This document shows positions 50,375 to 60,867 of a stretch of 64,000 nt of DNA, one piece after another (within the stretch, counting starts at the first letter, position 1; the number at the start of each line of letters is the position of its first letter). Position numbers and translations under genes: made by a program. Under the pieces are notes generated by a model that had not been told where the DNA came from, searched no databases, and saw only the letters and a list, made by a program, of their open reading frames with translations. Source of the DNA: a bacterium (GTDB lineage: Bacteria; Patescibacteriota; JABMPQ01; JBDRIV01); assembly GCA_043815505.1 (NCBI GenBank), contig JBDRIV010000002.1:11484-75483 (forward strand), read 5' to 3'.

Positions 50375-50632
50375 ATGGCAAAATATAAAGTGGAATTTGA
50401 TCGGGAAACTTGCATTGGTGCTCTGCCCTGCAATTCAGTTGCCCCAGACGAATTCCCTATTGCGGAGGATAAAAAAGCAGATTTAGCAGGAGGCAAAAAA
50501 AATGACGGCAATGGTTGGTTTGAACTGGACATTAATGAAGATAAATTAGAAAAATATAAATCAGCTGCTGAAGTTTGTCCCGTCAACGCCATTCATGTGA
50601 CTAACATTGAAACCGGCGAAAAAATTATCTAA
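50375..50632 (+). CDS. Small ferredoxin
   Basis: CIGALPC ... CPVNAIH cysteine pattern in an 85-aa protein. Confidence 0.6.
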   Translation: MAKYKVEFDRETCIGALPCNSVAPDEFPIAEDKKADLAGGKKNDGNGWFELDINEDKLEKYKSAAEVCPVNAIHVTNIETGEKII

Positions 50633-50640
50633 AATAATAA

Positions 50641-50749
50641 AAACCCCGCCCCAGTTTTGCAAAACTCAAAAAATCAAAATTTAATTATGCTAAAAAGCAA
50701 TTTCTAAGCTTAAAGCATCTGAGTTCAATAAAGCTGGAGCGGGGTTTTT
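50641..50749. repeat. Family-A palindromic element (long form) downstream of the ferredoxin gene
   Basis: aaaccccgccccagtttt ... aactcaaaa ... tgagttcaat ... aagctggagcggggttttt. Confidence 0.75.
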
Positions 50750-50800
50750 GTGCCCAAAATAGTTGAAATTTGCGGCGATTTATGCCATTATATCTATATG

Positions 50801-50974
50801 CCCGGTAGTACAACAAGTGTTATGTTACTGGGAGATATGATTTAAAATAGTAGTTGTACTACCGGGATGCCCAGTAGTACAATTGGGTGAAAAATATTAG
50901 AAGTAACTCTATTTATAAAGTTGTATAAATAGAAAGGTTATCAAATCATTTAAACAGTAAGTTGTCCTACTGAG
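50801..50974. repeat. Two tandem family-C inverted-repeat elements (50801-50866 and 50870-50974)
   Basis: cccggtagtacaa ... ttgtactaccggg, then atgcccagtagtacaa ... ttgtcctactgagatgccc. The ATGCCC junction is duplicated and forms the start codon of the next gene. Confidence 0.65.
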
Positions 50975-52588
50975 ATGCCCAAAGGTATAATATCAGAACC
51001 AATTAAAAAGCTCCTTGCTAATTACGGGGAGCCAAATCAGCTTGATAATGTTTCTGACGACACGCCAAAAATCCGTGTCTCAGCAACCGTTTCTACGCTG
51101 GCTTTTTTGTATGAAAAAATTCGCAATGCCGTTGACATTAAAGAAGATCACTTGCTCCGAAAAAATGCTATTCGTCGCTTTCTGGCTAGACGCTTAGTAG
51201 CTAGAGCTACGGGATCACAAATTGCCAAGCCCTTGATTCAAGAAATGATTCGCGCGCGTTATTTGTCCAACAATAAAATTCCAGAATCAGCCGCTCTAGA
51301 TTTAGCAGAAACGGTAGATAAATATATTTATTTAATGAATGTGGTGGCCGATAACAATTCTTCTGGTGTAATTCAAGAAGGTTTGTTTGATTGGGCAATT
51401 GATTTGGCTTCTTGTGAAATTGAAGAACAATTAAGCTCCAATGAAAAGAAAGAAGCGCTGGCACAATCAATGTATGAAGTGATTCATGATGACATCACTT
51501 TTCAGGGCGAAGAAATAACTGACGAAGAAAGAGACATCCAAGTATTTATTGCCATTCACAGAGCGGTAGCTAAATCAGATGATGCCATGATTGCTTATCG
51601 TGTCTTCCGACTTTATTATCCCAATTGGCACTCGCCTACCAAAGAGCAAGTTGATGAGGTTGGTTTGTATATGGAAACTATAAAAGGCACCATTGATGTT
51701 CAAGTTTTTCATCCGGTAAGCATGAGATTACAAAGACGATTAAAGAAAAGTACGGTTTTGTTTCACACTTTGCGCGATTTAATTGAAGCTAATCCTGATG
51801 AAGCAGAAGTCATTTTAGCCAACCCTGATCGTTTAGCAATAGAAGTTGAAAAAGCAGCTAATAGAAAATACAAAGCAGCTAAAAGCAAATTAACTGGCAG
51901 TATTATTCGCGCCATTTTCTATATTTTGTTAACCAAATCGATTTTAGCCTTTCTAATAGAATTACCTTATGATTTATATGTAGTGGGAGAAGTTAGCTAC
52001 CGAGCTTTAGTTACAAATATAGTTTTTCATCCCTTTTTCTTAGCGGTAGCTGGCCTTTTAATTAAAGCTCCAGGCAAAAATAATACCCAAAAAATTGTTG
52101 AAGGAGTAAAAGGAATTGTTTATGAAGCCAAAGAAATTGGTTTGTCCAGCGAAATAAAAAGACCCAAAGTTGTTCATTCTACCACGGCAAAAATATTTTT
52201 TGGATTGTTCTATTTTGTGATGTTTTTACTTTCTTTTGGAATTCTTGTTTCTGCTTTAACCTGGCTCGAATTCAATATGGCTGGCATTTTCTTCTTCCTG
52301 TTTTTCTTAACCATTGTCTCCTACTTTGCTGTTAGAGTAAGAAGAAATATTCGCGAATTAAATGTCATGGAAAGACGTGATAGCATATTCAGTGTTATTA
52401 TAGATTTTTTTGCTATTCCCATCTTAAGCGTTGGCCATTGGATTTCTGTTAAGTTTTCTAAAATTAATATTTTTGTTTTCTTAATGGATTTTATTATTGA
52501 AGCGCCTTTCAAAGTTTTAATTGAAATTGTGGAAGAATGGATTGGTTTTGTGCGCGAAAAGAAAGACGAAATTCAAGAAGATTTGTAA
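50975..52588 (+). CDS. Hypothetical membrane protein (537 aa): ~300-aa soluble N-terminal domain plus a C-terminal polytopic region
   Basis: ORF plus at least 5 hydrophobic helices in the C-terminal half; no recognised domain. Confidence 0.5.
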   Translation: MPKGIISEPIKKLLANYGEPNQLDNVSDDTPKIRVSATVSTLAFLYEKIRNAVDIKEDHLLRKNAIRRFLARRLVARATGSQIAKPLIQEMIRARYLSNNKIPESAALDLAETVDKYIYLMNVVADNNSSGVIQEGLFDWAIDLASCEIEEQLSSNEKKEALAQSMYEVIHDDITFQGEEITDEERDIQVFIAIHRAVAKSDDAMIAYRVFRLYYPNWHSPTKEQVDEVGLYMETIKGTIDVQVFHPVSMRLQRRLKKSTVLFHTLRDLIEANPDEAEVILANPDRLAIEVEKAANRKYKAAKSKLTGSIIRAIFYILLTKSILAFLIELPYDLYVVGEVSYRALVTNIVFHPFFLAVAGLLIKAPGKNNTQKIVEGVKGIVYEAKEIGLSSEIKRPKVVHSTTAKIFFGLFYFVMFLLSFGILVSALTWLEFNMAGIFFFLFFLTIVSYFAVRVRRNIRELNVMERRDSIFSVIIDFFAIPILSVGHWISVKFSKINIFVFLMDFIIEAPFKVLIEIVEEWIGFVREKKDEIQEDL

Positions 52589-52597
52589 TTAAATACC

Positions 52598-53182
52598 ATG
52601 ACTCAACGTAACAAAAAAATTATAGAAATTGTTGTGGCCATTGCTGTTGGTTTTGTGATTGGCTACGCGATGATGCCTTATTGGCAAAAAACTCAAGACG
52701 AAGGAATTATGCCAACCAAAAACGAAACAGCAGATGTTGATGTTAAAGAAGATAAAGATGTTGTTGAAAATATAGATGCAGAGATAAATGAAAACGAAAA
52801 TACAGACGATGCTATGGGCGGTGATGAAATATCTGCCGATTATATGAATGCAACTTACAATTTTGCTTTGGACTATCCAGAAGGATGGTCGGCAGAAGAT
52901 TTTGGCACACAAATAAACTTTTCAAATGGCGTGGCCGAGGTTGATATTCTAATAAAAGAAAAATCACCCAGTCAAACTTTGGATGATTATTATGCTGGTA
53001 AAGAATTATCAGAAACTAAAACCGTTAATGGCTTAGAGGCTCGTCATTATATAACTAGTGGTTATGCCGAAACCGAAGAATTTTATGTTTTCAATCGCGA
53101 TAATACTCTGTTTGAAATTCATCGCAACTTTACCGTTACTGGTGAATACGAAGAGATAATAAATTCGTTTCAGTTGTTCTAA
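52598..53182 (+). CDS. Membrane-anchored acidic hypothetical protein
   Basis: N-terminal TM; D/E-rich linker. Confidence 0.45.
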   Translation: MTQRNKKIIEIVVAIAVGFVIGYAMMPYWQKTQDEGIMPTKNETADVDVKEDKDVVENIDAEINENENTDDAMGGDEISADYMNATYNFALDYPEGWSAEDFGTQINFSNGVAEVDILIKEKSPSQTLDDYYAGKELSETKTVNGLEARHYITSGYAETEEFYVFNRDNTLFEIHRNFTVTGEYEEIINSFQLF

Positions 53183-53199
53183 TAGTCTAAACAAAAGCT

Positions 53200-53767
53200 A
53201 TGGATTTAGTAAAAGAATCAAGAGAATATGCATTGTCAGAGATCGAAAAATATTCAACACCTATTCCTGTTCATTATGATATTTCTGAGCAGAAAGCAAT
53301 TGATCTAGCAAAAAAGATTAGATGCAGATGAAAGTATTGTGAAAACAGGTATAGCTTTGATGGATATTAAGCTTGGTCAAGCTTTGAAAGAAAAGCGTTT
53401 GTCCGAACATGTTGCTATGAGCGTTGATGCATCAAAAGTATTTATTCATAAATTTAATTTAGACAAAGAAACAGAAAATAAAATTATTAATTGTGTTGAA
53501 GCACATCATAAAGATGTGAATTTTAATTGTTTAGAAGCAGAGATATGCGCGAATGCAGATTGTTATCGTTTTATTCACCCTAAAGGATTTTTTGCATATT
53601 TAGTTTTGTTAGGAAAACGATCCGATGATTTTTTCGATTGTTTAGATCAAGTGGAAAATAAATTAGATGAAAAAATAAATATATTATCTCTAGACATATG
53701 TAAAGAAGAATTAAATGATTATTATAAGACTTTAAAGAAATTTATAATTGATTCTAGGAATCTTTAA
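53200..53767 (+). pseudogene. HD-domain-like protein gene, apparently frameshifted (fragment 53200..53331 plus fragment 53339..53767)
   Basis: The upstream 43-aa fragment ends at TGA 53329-53331. The downstream ORF, in a different frame, carries H...HH..D-like residues (EAHHKDVNF). Confidence 0.3.
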
Positions 53768-53788
53768 GCAAATATAATTACTATAAAA

Positions 53789-53822
53789 AAATACTGCTAG
53801 GAATTTACCAAGCAGTATTTTA
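53789..53822. terminator. Bidirectional terminator-like hairpin between convergent genes
   Basis: aaaaaatactgct ... agcagtatttt. Confidence 0.45.
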
Positions 53823-53838
53823 ATTAGGTATTTTAAAA

Positions 53839-54180
53839 TTAATTACATACACTTTCCTGTTTTTCAAAAACGGCTTTGCTGGTGTTGCCGATATAGTCAA
53901 AGTCACTTTTTTTATAAATCCAAACCGTAATATCTTCCCAATCCTGATTTTTGTTCTGAGTAATAATTTTATTGGCAGCTTCTTCTATTTTTTGTTCGGT
54001 GGTATTGTCTTTTACGGTTGCTTCCACAATTATTCTTTTACAAGATTTATAGGAAAGATCTTTAGCATAAACAATGCGATAAGTATTGGTATACATGCCA
54101 AATAAAGTTCCTAATATCACAAAAACAACGAATACTAGGGCCAACCAAACGATAGGTAGTTTTTGTTGTTTTTTAGTCAT
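53839..54180 (-). CDS. Membrane-anchored hypothetical protein (113 aa)
   Basis: N-terminal TM segment. Confidence 0.45.
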   Translation of the reverse strand: MTKKQQKLPIVWLALVFVVFVILGTLFGMYTNTYRIVYAKDLSYKSCKRIIVEATVKDNTTEQKIEEAANKIITQNKNQDWEDITVWIYKKSDFDYIGNTSKAVFEKQESVCN

Positions 54181-54191
54181 GTTTATATTTA

Positions 54192-54286
<95 letters not shown>

Positions 54287-54534
54287 AATTTGTAAACAAA
54301 TACTCGGCATAGTCTCGAACAAAAAACTGATACTGAGCGTCTGCCAGGGCTTTTGTTTAAAGCCCGTCTAAAGCTGCACACGCTCGCTTTAGACCCGCTC
54401 AGCCACCTCTCCATAAAACTAACTTCTCTTATTGTAGCGGTAAAATTAGATTATTTCAACCGTTATTACAGTTGACTTAAGGCATATTGTGTATTATATT
54501 CTTAAGATTCGTTCATTTTAAAAAGGAGAACAAA

Positions 54535-54894
54535 ATGCCAATAGCAATGATATTTATCTCTCTAGCACTACTGTTCTACACTACTGCAATTTGGTCAGAA
54601 AGGCTAAAACATAATCTAATGACATGGATGGTAATGGCATTTATCACAGGCTTTATTCTGGATGTAATTGGAACTATAATAATGGCTATGCACATGGATT
54701 CCTTAAGTCTTCATAGTGGATGTGGAATTGTTGCTATGTTTATGATGGGATTGCATTTATTGTGGGCGATTCTAGCTCTTTTAAACCACGGGAAATGTGA
54801 ACTCTATTTTCACCGGTTTTCAATTTATGCTTGGGGAATATGGATGTGCGCTCTAATTACTGGCATGCCAATACAAAAAATTCTTGCTCTCTGA
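54535..54894 (+). CDS. Small polytopic membrane protein (119 aa)
   Basis: SD aaaggag 6 nt upstream of ATG; four hydrophobic helices. The ORF-track N-terminus (54487) is probably an over-extension. Confidence 0.5.
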   Translation: MPIAMIFISLALLFYTTAIWSERLKHNLMTWMVMAFITGFILDVIGTIIMAMHMDSLSLHSGCGIVAMFMMGLHLLWAILALLNHGKCELYFHRFSIYAWGIWMCALITGMPIQKILAL

Positions 54895-54896
54895 AA

Positions 54897-54926
54897 AGCT
54901 GCTTCTTGCAGCTTTTTTGTTTGGAA
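54897..54926 (+). terminator. Rho-independent terminator
   Basis: aaagctgcttcttgcagcttttttg. Confidence 0.6.
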
Positions 54927-54955
54927 ATATTAGGAATTTAGCCTAAAATAGGTTT

Positions 54956-57016
54956 ATGCCTTCACTTCTAGAATCGAAAATCACCTCTCTCCGAAAAATA
55001 GACAAGCGCCGACAAAGCGCTCTTTTGAAGTTGGGCATAGAAACTGTTGCAGATCTATTAAATCACTTCCCTGTTCGCTATAACGATTTCTCTCAAACTA
55101 CACCAATCAAAGAACTTAAAGTTGATGAATTGGCAACCATAAAAGGAGAAATATTAACAATTTCTTCTTCTCGTTCTCCGCGCAAAAGATTGCTTATTAC
55201 CGAAGCTTTAATTAAAGATGATTCTGGAACCATTAAAGCAGTTTGGTTTAATCAGCGTTTTATTGAGACTTCACTTAAAAAAGGTTATAAAGTAAATTTA
55301 GCTGGAAAAGTGGAACGTTCTTATTTAGGATTGCAAATAAGTAGTCCTGAATTTGAACGCGTAAAATCTGACCAAGTTCACACCGGCCGCATTATCCCTG
55401 TTTATTCTTTATCGGGTGCCCTAACTTCCAAATGGTTACGATTTATATTAAAACCACTTCTGCCGAAAGCTTTGTCAGAAATAGAAGATTATTTGCCAGC
55501 AGAAATTAAAAAGAGAAATAGTCTAATTGATTTGGAAGTTGCCTTGCAGCAAATTCATTATCCCGATTCCAATAATTCTCTGAAAGAAGCGCGCGCTCGG
55601 CTAGCTTTTGATGAATTGTTTTTAATTCAGCTTTATAATTTATCAGCTAAAAATAAATGGCAACAACACCAAGCCAATTCATTGAAGTTTGATGATAAAT
55701 TAATGAAAAATTTTGTTTCCTCACTTCCTTTTACACTAACCAATGCTCAAAAGAAAACAGCTTGGGAAATTCTACAGGATTTGGAAAAAAGTGAGCCAAT
55801 GAACAGATTATTGGAAGGAGATGTTGGCAGCGGCAAAACCATTGTGGCCCTAATGGCGGTTTTGCAAACGGTAAAAAATGGTTATCAAGCAGTTCTACTT
55901 GCACCAACAGAAATACTTGCTTGCCAGCATTTTAATTCCGCTCAAGAATTTCTGCCTGATTTAAAAATAGGATTACTAACCCGTTCACAAAAAGAAATTA
56001 ACGATGTCGAAGTTTCTGATCAAGAAATAAAAAAGCAATTAAAAAAAGGCGCTGTAGAATTTCTAATTACCACGCACGCCGTTTTACAAAAAGATATTAA
56101 ATTCAAAGACTTAGCTTTAGCCATAATTGACGAACAACACCGATTTGGTGTGGAACAAAGAGCTTCCCTTAAAGACAAAACGCCAAAGAAAATGCCCCAT
56201 CTACTTTCTATGACAGCTACGCCAATCCCTCGAACGTTGGCCTTAGCGCTTTATTCAGATTTGAATTTATCAATAATTTCAGAAATGCCCAAAGACAGGA
56301 AAAAGATTTTAACTAAGATTGTGCAACCACAAAATCGAGGCAAGGCTTACGATTTTATAGAGCAACAAATTCAAAAAGGACGACAAGTGTTTGTAATTTG
56401 TCCGCTCATTGAAGAATCGGACAAGCTGGGAGTTAAATCGGTAACAGCCGAATATGAAAAATTAAGCAAACAAGTATTTCCGCAATTAAAAATAGATTTC
56501 TTACACGGACGATTAAAGAAAGATGAGAAGCAGCAGAAAATGGAAGAATTTCTGAAAAATAAAATAAATGTTTTGGTTTCAACTTCTGTAATTGAAGTTG
56601 GTGTTGATGTTCCCAATGCTACAGTGATGATGATTGAAGGTGCTGATAGATTTGGTTTAGCGCAACTACATCAATTTAGGGGCCGAGTAGGTAGAAGCGA
56701 GCACCAATCATTTTGTTTTTTATTTACCGATTCTGCATCAGACAAAACTTTAGAGAGATTAAACGCTTTGCAAAAAAGTAATAACGGTTTTGAATTAGCG
56801 GAAATGGATTTAGAATTGCGCGGACCGGGAGAAGTTTTTGGCATCAGACAATCAGGACTTCCCGATTTGAAAACAGCAACGCTATCTGACCATAAATTAA
56901 TTGCTATTACAAAAAAAGAAGCTGAAAAGCTTATTGCCGAAGATGCTAAAATATCTAAATATCCTTTACTTAAAGCCAAAATCAAAGCTTTTACACATAT
57001 TATTCATCCCGAATAA
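54956..57016 (+). CDS. recG: ATP-dependent DNA helicase RecG
   Basis: Wedge/OB N-terminus; helicase motifs DVGSGKT and DEQHRFG. Confidence 0.9.
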   Translation: MPSLLESKITSLRKIDKRRQSALLKLGIETVADLLNHFPVRYNDFSQTTPIKELKVDELATIKGEILTISSSRSPRKRLLITEALIKDDSGTIKAVWFNQRFIETSLKKGYKVNLAGKVERSYLGLQISSPEFERVKSDQVHTGRIIPVYSLSGALTSKWLRFILKPLLPKALSEIEDYLPAEIKKRNSLIDLEVALQQIHYPDSNNSLKEARARLAFDELFLIQLYNLSAKNKWQQHQANSLKFDDKLMKNFVSSLPFTLTNAQKKTAWEILQDLEKSEPMNRLLEGDVGSGKTIVALMAVLQTVKNGYQAVLLAPTEILACQHFNSAQEFLPDLKIGLLTRSQKEINDVEVSDQEIKKQLKKGAVEFLITTHAVLQKDIKFKDLALAIIDEQHRFGVEQRASLKDKTPKKMPHLLSMTATPIPRTLALALYSDLNLSIISEMPKDRKKILTKIVQPQNRGKAYDFIEQQIQKGRQVFVICPLIEESDKLGVKSVTAEYEKLSKQVFPQLKIDFLHGRLKKDEKQQKMEEFLKNKINVLVSTSVIEVGVDVPNATVMMIEGADRFGLAQLHQFRGRVGRSEHQSFCFLFTDSASDKTLERLNALQKSNNGFELAEMDLELRGPGEVFGIRQSGLPDLKTATLSDHKLIAITKKEAEKLIAEDAKISKYPLLKAKIKAFTHIIHPE

Positions 57017-57130
57017 ATTTGACATTTGGACTTGTTTAAGTATAATGGCGGCATACCTTAAACCCACCGTTCCTTCAATAACCGTTCCGTTTTGGCCAAC
57101 GGAACAAAACCTTTAAAAAGGGGGTATTAA

Positions 57131-57538
57131 ATGAATCACATGGGGGTAATGAGTCAAGGAGATGCGATTGAAAGAATCGCAGCTGCGGTGAAAGAAATGA
57201 GAGTTGACGGATCACCGGAGGAAATGGTCCAACAGGCACTGAATGGAAAAGGTCTGGGATGGTTGCAAGGGTCGTTGCGGAAAAAGCTTCCACTTATCAA
57301 GCGAGTCATTGTCATCTGTCGTGAACACGGCGGAATGATTCCGGTCAGTGAGACCACAAGAGCAGCATCTGATCTCATGCGACTTCATGAACTCTGCGAA
57401 AAGCAGCCGAGGCTTTCTGCTCAGGCAGAATTCATTGCCAAGACCATCGGACCGTTTCTCGCAAACAAACCGGTGCCTCATTTCGTGGATCCGGGTACGA
57501 AAAAGATCAGGGTTCGCAAGAAAATGGCCGTGGCTTAA
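57131..57538 (+). CDS. GC-rich hypothetical protein (135 aa)
   Basis: Promoter TTGACA-16-TATAAT at ~57030-57058; 5' UTR hairpin ccgttccgttttggccaacggaac; SD aaaggggg. Local GC is about 52%. The overlapping antisense ORF 57212..57691 is rejected. Confidence 0.4.
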   Translation: MNHMGVMSQGDAIERIAAAVKEMRVDGSPEEMVQQALNGKGLGWLQGSLRKKLPLIKRVIVICREHGGMIPVSETTRAASDLMRLHELCEKQPRLSAQAEFIAKTIGPFLANKPVPHFVDPGTKKIRVRKKMAVA

Positions 57539-57687
57539 AATCCCCAATAACAACAAGAACATTCCCGAACTTTTGCTTTTGGTGGGGGCCAATAGATAAC
57601 AGCAGAACATAATCATGGGTAAAATAGCTGCCTTGTCAGGCAAGTCAAAACCCAACCTATGATTATCTATGCTGTTTTTTCTTTGTT

Positions 57688-58242
57688 TCAAAAAATAGCT
57701 ACAAAGCGCCAGAATTTAGGATTAACTTCCTTGATCCCAATACGCGGTGTTTTTTTAATTTGCTTAGGTTTAAGGTTAATGTTTTCTATCCAAAGTTTGT
57801 TACTTTGTAAAGATAATTTATTTTGCGCTTTTGAAATATGAAAATAATTGCATAGCTTTCCGGGCCCATTAATATAATTTGCAGGATCAAACATTCCAAC
57901 ATTCTTGAGAATGTTGGAATGTTTTTTAAAAGGAATCACTCCCCTAATTAGAACCGCGCCCGCTTTCCCATCAATTTCTGTTACTACATTAAAACAAAAA
58001 TACATACCATAAATAAAATAAACATAAGCCTGGCCTGGTTGACCAAACATTACTGAAGTTCTTTCGGTTTTTCCTCGGAAAGCATGAGAAGAAGGGTCAT
58101 TGGTACTGCCATAGGCTTCTGTTTCAAAAATAATACCACGATATTCTTTACCGCGGTATTTTCTCACTAATGTTTTTCCCAATAATTCACGTGCCACTTT
58201 TAAAGCTGGACGGGCATAGAATTTAGTTGGCAGTTTTGACAT
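57688..58242 (-). CDS. mpg: DNA-3-methyladenine glycosylase (Mpg/AAG family)
   Basis: FYARPALKVARELLGKTLV and ETEAY motifs of the AAG family. Confidence 0.85.
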   Translation of the reverse strand: MSKLPTKFYARPALKVARELLGKTLVRKYRGKEYRGIIFETEAYGSTNDPSSHAFRGKTERTSVMFGQPGQAYVYFIYGMYFCFNVVTEIDGKAGAVLIRGVIPFKKHSNILKNVGMFDPANYINGPGKLCNYFHISKAQNKLSLQSNKLWIENINLKPKQIKKTPRIGIKEVNPKFWRFVAIF

Positions 58243-59609
58243 TATTTTACCAAAGCTTGTTTTAAAGCATTAGAAACACTTTGGACAGGAATTATTTTAA
58301 TCTTTTGGTCAAATGTTTTAAGCATCGACAAATTAGCTTTAGGGACGATAACTTTTTTAAATCCTAATTTTATAATTTCCGCCACTCTTTTATCAACTTG
58401 ATTAACTGATCGTACCTCACCCGAAAGTCCTACTTCTCCAAAAATTACCGTGTCAGCTAAAACTTCTTTTTGGGTAAAAGAAGAAGCACAAGCAATCAGA
58501 AGGGCTAAATCAACGGCCGGTTCAGAAATTTTCATACCACCCACAACATTAACATAAACGTCATGGCTTTCCATACCGAGGTTGGCTTTGCGGGACAAAA
58601 CAGCCAGCAAAACATGCAAACGGTTGATATCAATTCCCGAAGCAGTTCTTTTGGGATAGCCGAAAACGGTGCGACTGGAAAGCGCTTGAACTTCTACCAA
58701 GAAGGGTCTAGTGCCTTCTATAACGGCTGTAATGGCCGTTCCTGGCTCTTTTTGTGCTCTTTCCTCTAAGAATACTCCAGAAGGGTTTTTGACCTCTTTT
58801 AAGCCATCTCCAGTCATTTCGAATATACCCGTTTCATTGGTTGAGCCAAAACGATTTTTTACTCCGCGCAAAATTCGGTAACTTTGGTAGCGGTCTCCTT
58901 CAAGATAAAGCATTACATCAACCATATGTTCAAGCATGCGGGGGCCGGCCACTGTTCCCTCTTTGGTAACATGACCGATTAGTAAAATAGGAATTCCCAT
59001 ACGCTTGGCAACTTCGGTAAAATTTAAAGTTGATTCGCGTAATTGTGTCATACTACCGGGCGTAGTATCAACATTAGCGCTGAACATTGTTTGAATGGAA
59101 TCAATTATCACCAACCCTGGTTTTTCTTTTTCGAGAGTAGAAATTATTTTGCCCGTTTCAGTTTCTCCGGAAAAAAATAAATTATTAGAATTTACTTTCA
59201 ATCTTTCGGCACGGAGTTTTATTTGTTCAGCCGATTCTTCACCAGAAAAATAAATAACTTTTTGTTTAGCGCTAATCTGTCCACAAATTTGTAACAACAA
59301 TGTGGATTTTCCAATTCCAGGATCACCGGAAAGTAAAACCACTGAACCAGCTACAAATCCTCCACCCAGCACTCTATCAAATTCATCCATATCACCAGAC
59401 AGTCTTTTATTGAAATCTGCTTTAATAGCAGTTAAAGATTGTGGTTTGGCGGTTGAAACGGTTCTTTTTTCTGTGCGTGTTTGTGGTTTAATGGACATTT
59501 CTTTCATTGTATTCCATTCGCCACAAGCTTCGCATTTCCCAGCCCATTTTAAATAGTCCATGCCACAAGATGAACAGACATAAACTATTTTGGTTTGAGC
59601 TTTAGCCAT
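58242..59609 (-). CDS. radA: DNA repair protein RadA/Sms
   Basis: N-terminal C4 zinc finger CSSCG...CEACGEW; RecA-like Walker A GDPGIGKST; Lon-like C-terminal domain. Confidence 0.9.
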   Translation of the reverse strand: MAKAQTKIVYVCSSCGMDYLKWAGKCEACGEWNTMKEMSIKPQTRTEKRTVSTAKPQSLTAIKADFNKRLSGDMDEFDRVLGGGFVAGSVVLLSGDPGIGKSTLLLQICGQISAKQKVIYFSGEESAEQIKLRAERLKVNSNNLFFSGETETGKIISTLEKEKPGLVIIDSIQTMFSANVDTTPGSMTQLRESTLNFTEVAKRMGIPILLIGHVTKEGTVAGPRMLEHMVDVMLYLEGDRYQSYRILRGVKNRFGSTNETGIFEMTGDGLKEVKNPSGVFLEERAQKEPGTAITAVIEGTRPFLVEVQALSSRTVFGYPKRTASGIDINRLHVLLAVLSRKANLGMESHDVYVNVVGGMKISEPAVDLALLIACASSFTQKEVLADTVIFGEVGLSGEVRSVNQVDKRVAEIIKLGFKKVIVPKANLSMLKTFDQKIKIIPVQSVSNALKQALVK

Positions 59610-59665
59610 ATAAAAAAATTACTCATTATAATAATGAGTTTAGCAAAAAAATGTTAGCTTGTCGA

Positions 59666-60853
59666 TTAATGGCTGGGCAAAATAGTATAAGCGCGATAAA
59701 GGGTATTATCGTTTTTATCGCGGAAATAAAACCAATCATCATCGCTGGAGAAAAACTGTGGTTCAATATCCATGTCTTTACCAAGCTCTTTTTTCGAATA
59801 AAAGTCAGAAACTTTACCATTAGATATGTCTATGCTGACAATAGAATCTTGAGAGGAAAAACTTCCGTTCTCAAAATCATCAGGCAATTTATCTTTACTA
59901 GTGACGTTCTGGGGGATACCGCAAAAAATCTTGGTTTGATTAAACCACAAACATTTATCGGGCAGGCCGGTATAAAGCAAATCACTAACGGTATCATTTT
60001 CGTTATCAAGAACTTTTAAGGCTGGCATTTTGCCAGCTTCATCATTAACGGCAAAAAGAATTTTGTTGTCAAAAGGAGAAGGAAGAATTTGTAAACCAGT
60101 AGTGTTATTTAAAACAACGCCACTATTTTCACCCCGAGAATACAGCTGAGAAATTTCCTTTATATTACCAGGATTATGAAAAAGAAAAGTGGTGGAATCA
60201 TGCCAGTAAAGTTTTAAGTGTCCAGACAATTCTTCAGGGAGCTTCATGTCTTTGGCTGGTAAAATATTTAAAACATTTTCCCAATTGGAACCATCTATAT
60301 CTGACACCGCTAAACGTTTAAAACCAGCCACTTCTTCCACATATTCATAAACTATTTGTTCACTGTTGGGGGAAATCTCAATACCTCTAATATTACTGGA
60401 TAGTTGTTTTGAATAATCGTTGGTAAAATTGTAATAAATATTTGAATCATAAGAACCGTCTTTGTTTACTTTAGAAATCAAAACTTCATTTTTTGAGTCG
60501 GACCAACGAAAACGATTGGCACTTTTGAAACTTTCATCGCCAATTAGCTTTACTTCTTCTCCCAGCAAATCTGTTTGGTGAATACGACCATCTTTGGTGT
60601 TGATATAGAGAATACTTTGCCCCGAAACCGTAGTTGTGCTGGAGGCAACGTTGTCTAAAATCTTTACAATACTCTCTGCTTGGTTTTCCTCTTCTTCAAT
60701 AGGAATCTCGTTATTATTAGTTTCTTCGGTGGTTGTTTCTTCGGTAGTTGTCTCATCAACTGGATTAAAGTTTTGATACCAAATAAAAAGAGCCACTAAA
60801 CATAAAATTATGACAATAACAATTATTACAATAAGTAAGATTATTTTCTTCAT
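59666..60853 (-). CDS. Membrane-anchored TolB-like / PD40 beta-propeller protein
   Basis: N-terminal TM; repeated SPNSEQIVYEY-type PD40 motifs; paralog of the next gene. Confidence 0.55.
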   Translation of the reverse strand: MKKIILLIVIIVIVIILCLVALFIWYQNFNPVDETTTEETTTEETNNNEIPIEEEENQAESIVKILDNVASSTTTVSGQSILYINTKDGRIHQTDLLGEEVKLIGDESFKSANRFRWSDSKNEVLISKVNKDGSYDSNIYYNFTNDYSKQLSSNIRGIEISPNSEQIVYEYVEEVAGFKRLAVSDIDGSNWENVLNILPAKDMKLPEELSGHLKLYWHDSTTFLFHNPGNIKEISQLYSRGENSGVVLNNTTGLQILPSPFDNKILFAVNDEAGKMPALKVLDNENDTVSDLLYTGLPDKCLWFNQTKIFCGIPQNVTSKDKLPDDFENGSFSSQDSIVSIDISNGKVSDFYSKKELGKDMDIEPQFFSSDDDWFYFRDKNDNTLYRAYTILPSH

Positions 60854-60867
60854 AATTTATAAAATGG

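Noticed and set aside
57212-57691. 159-aa ORF on the minus strand overlapping the GC-rich island, plus other overlapping ORFs 57154..57378 and 57348..57599
   Set aside because: GC-rich DNA yields long open frames on all strands. The plus-strand ORF 57131..57538 has the promoter, leader and SD, so the others are treated as antisense noise.
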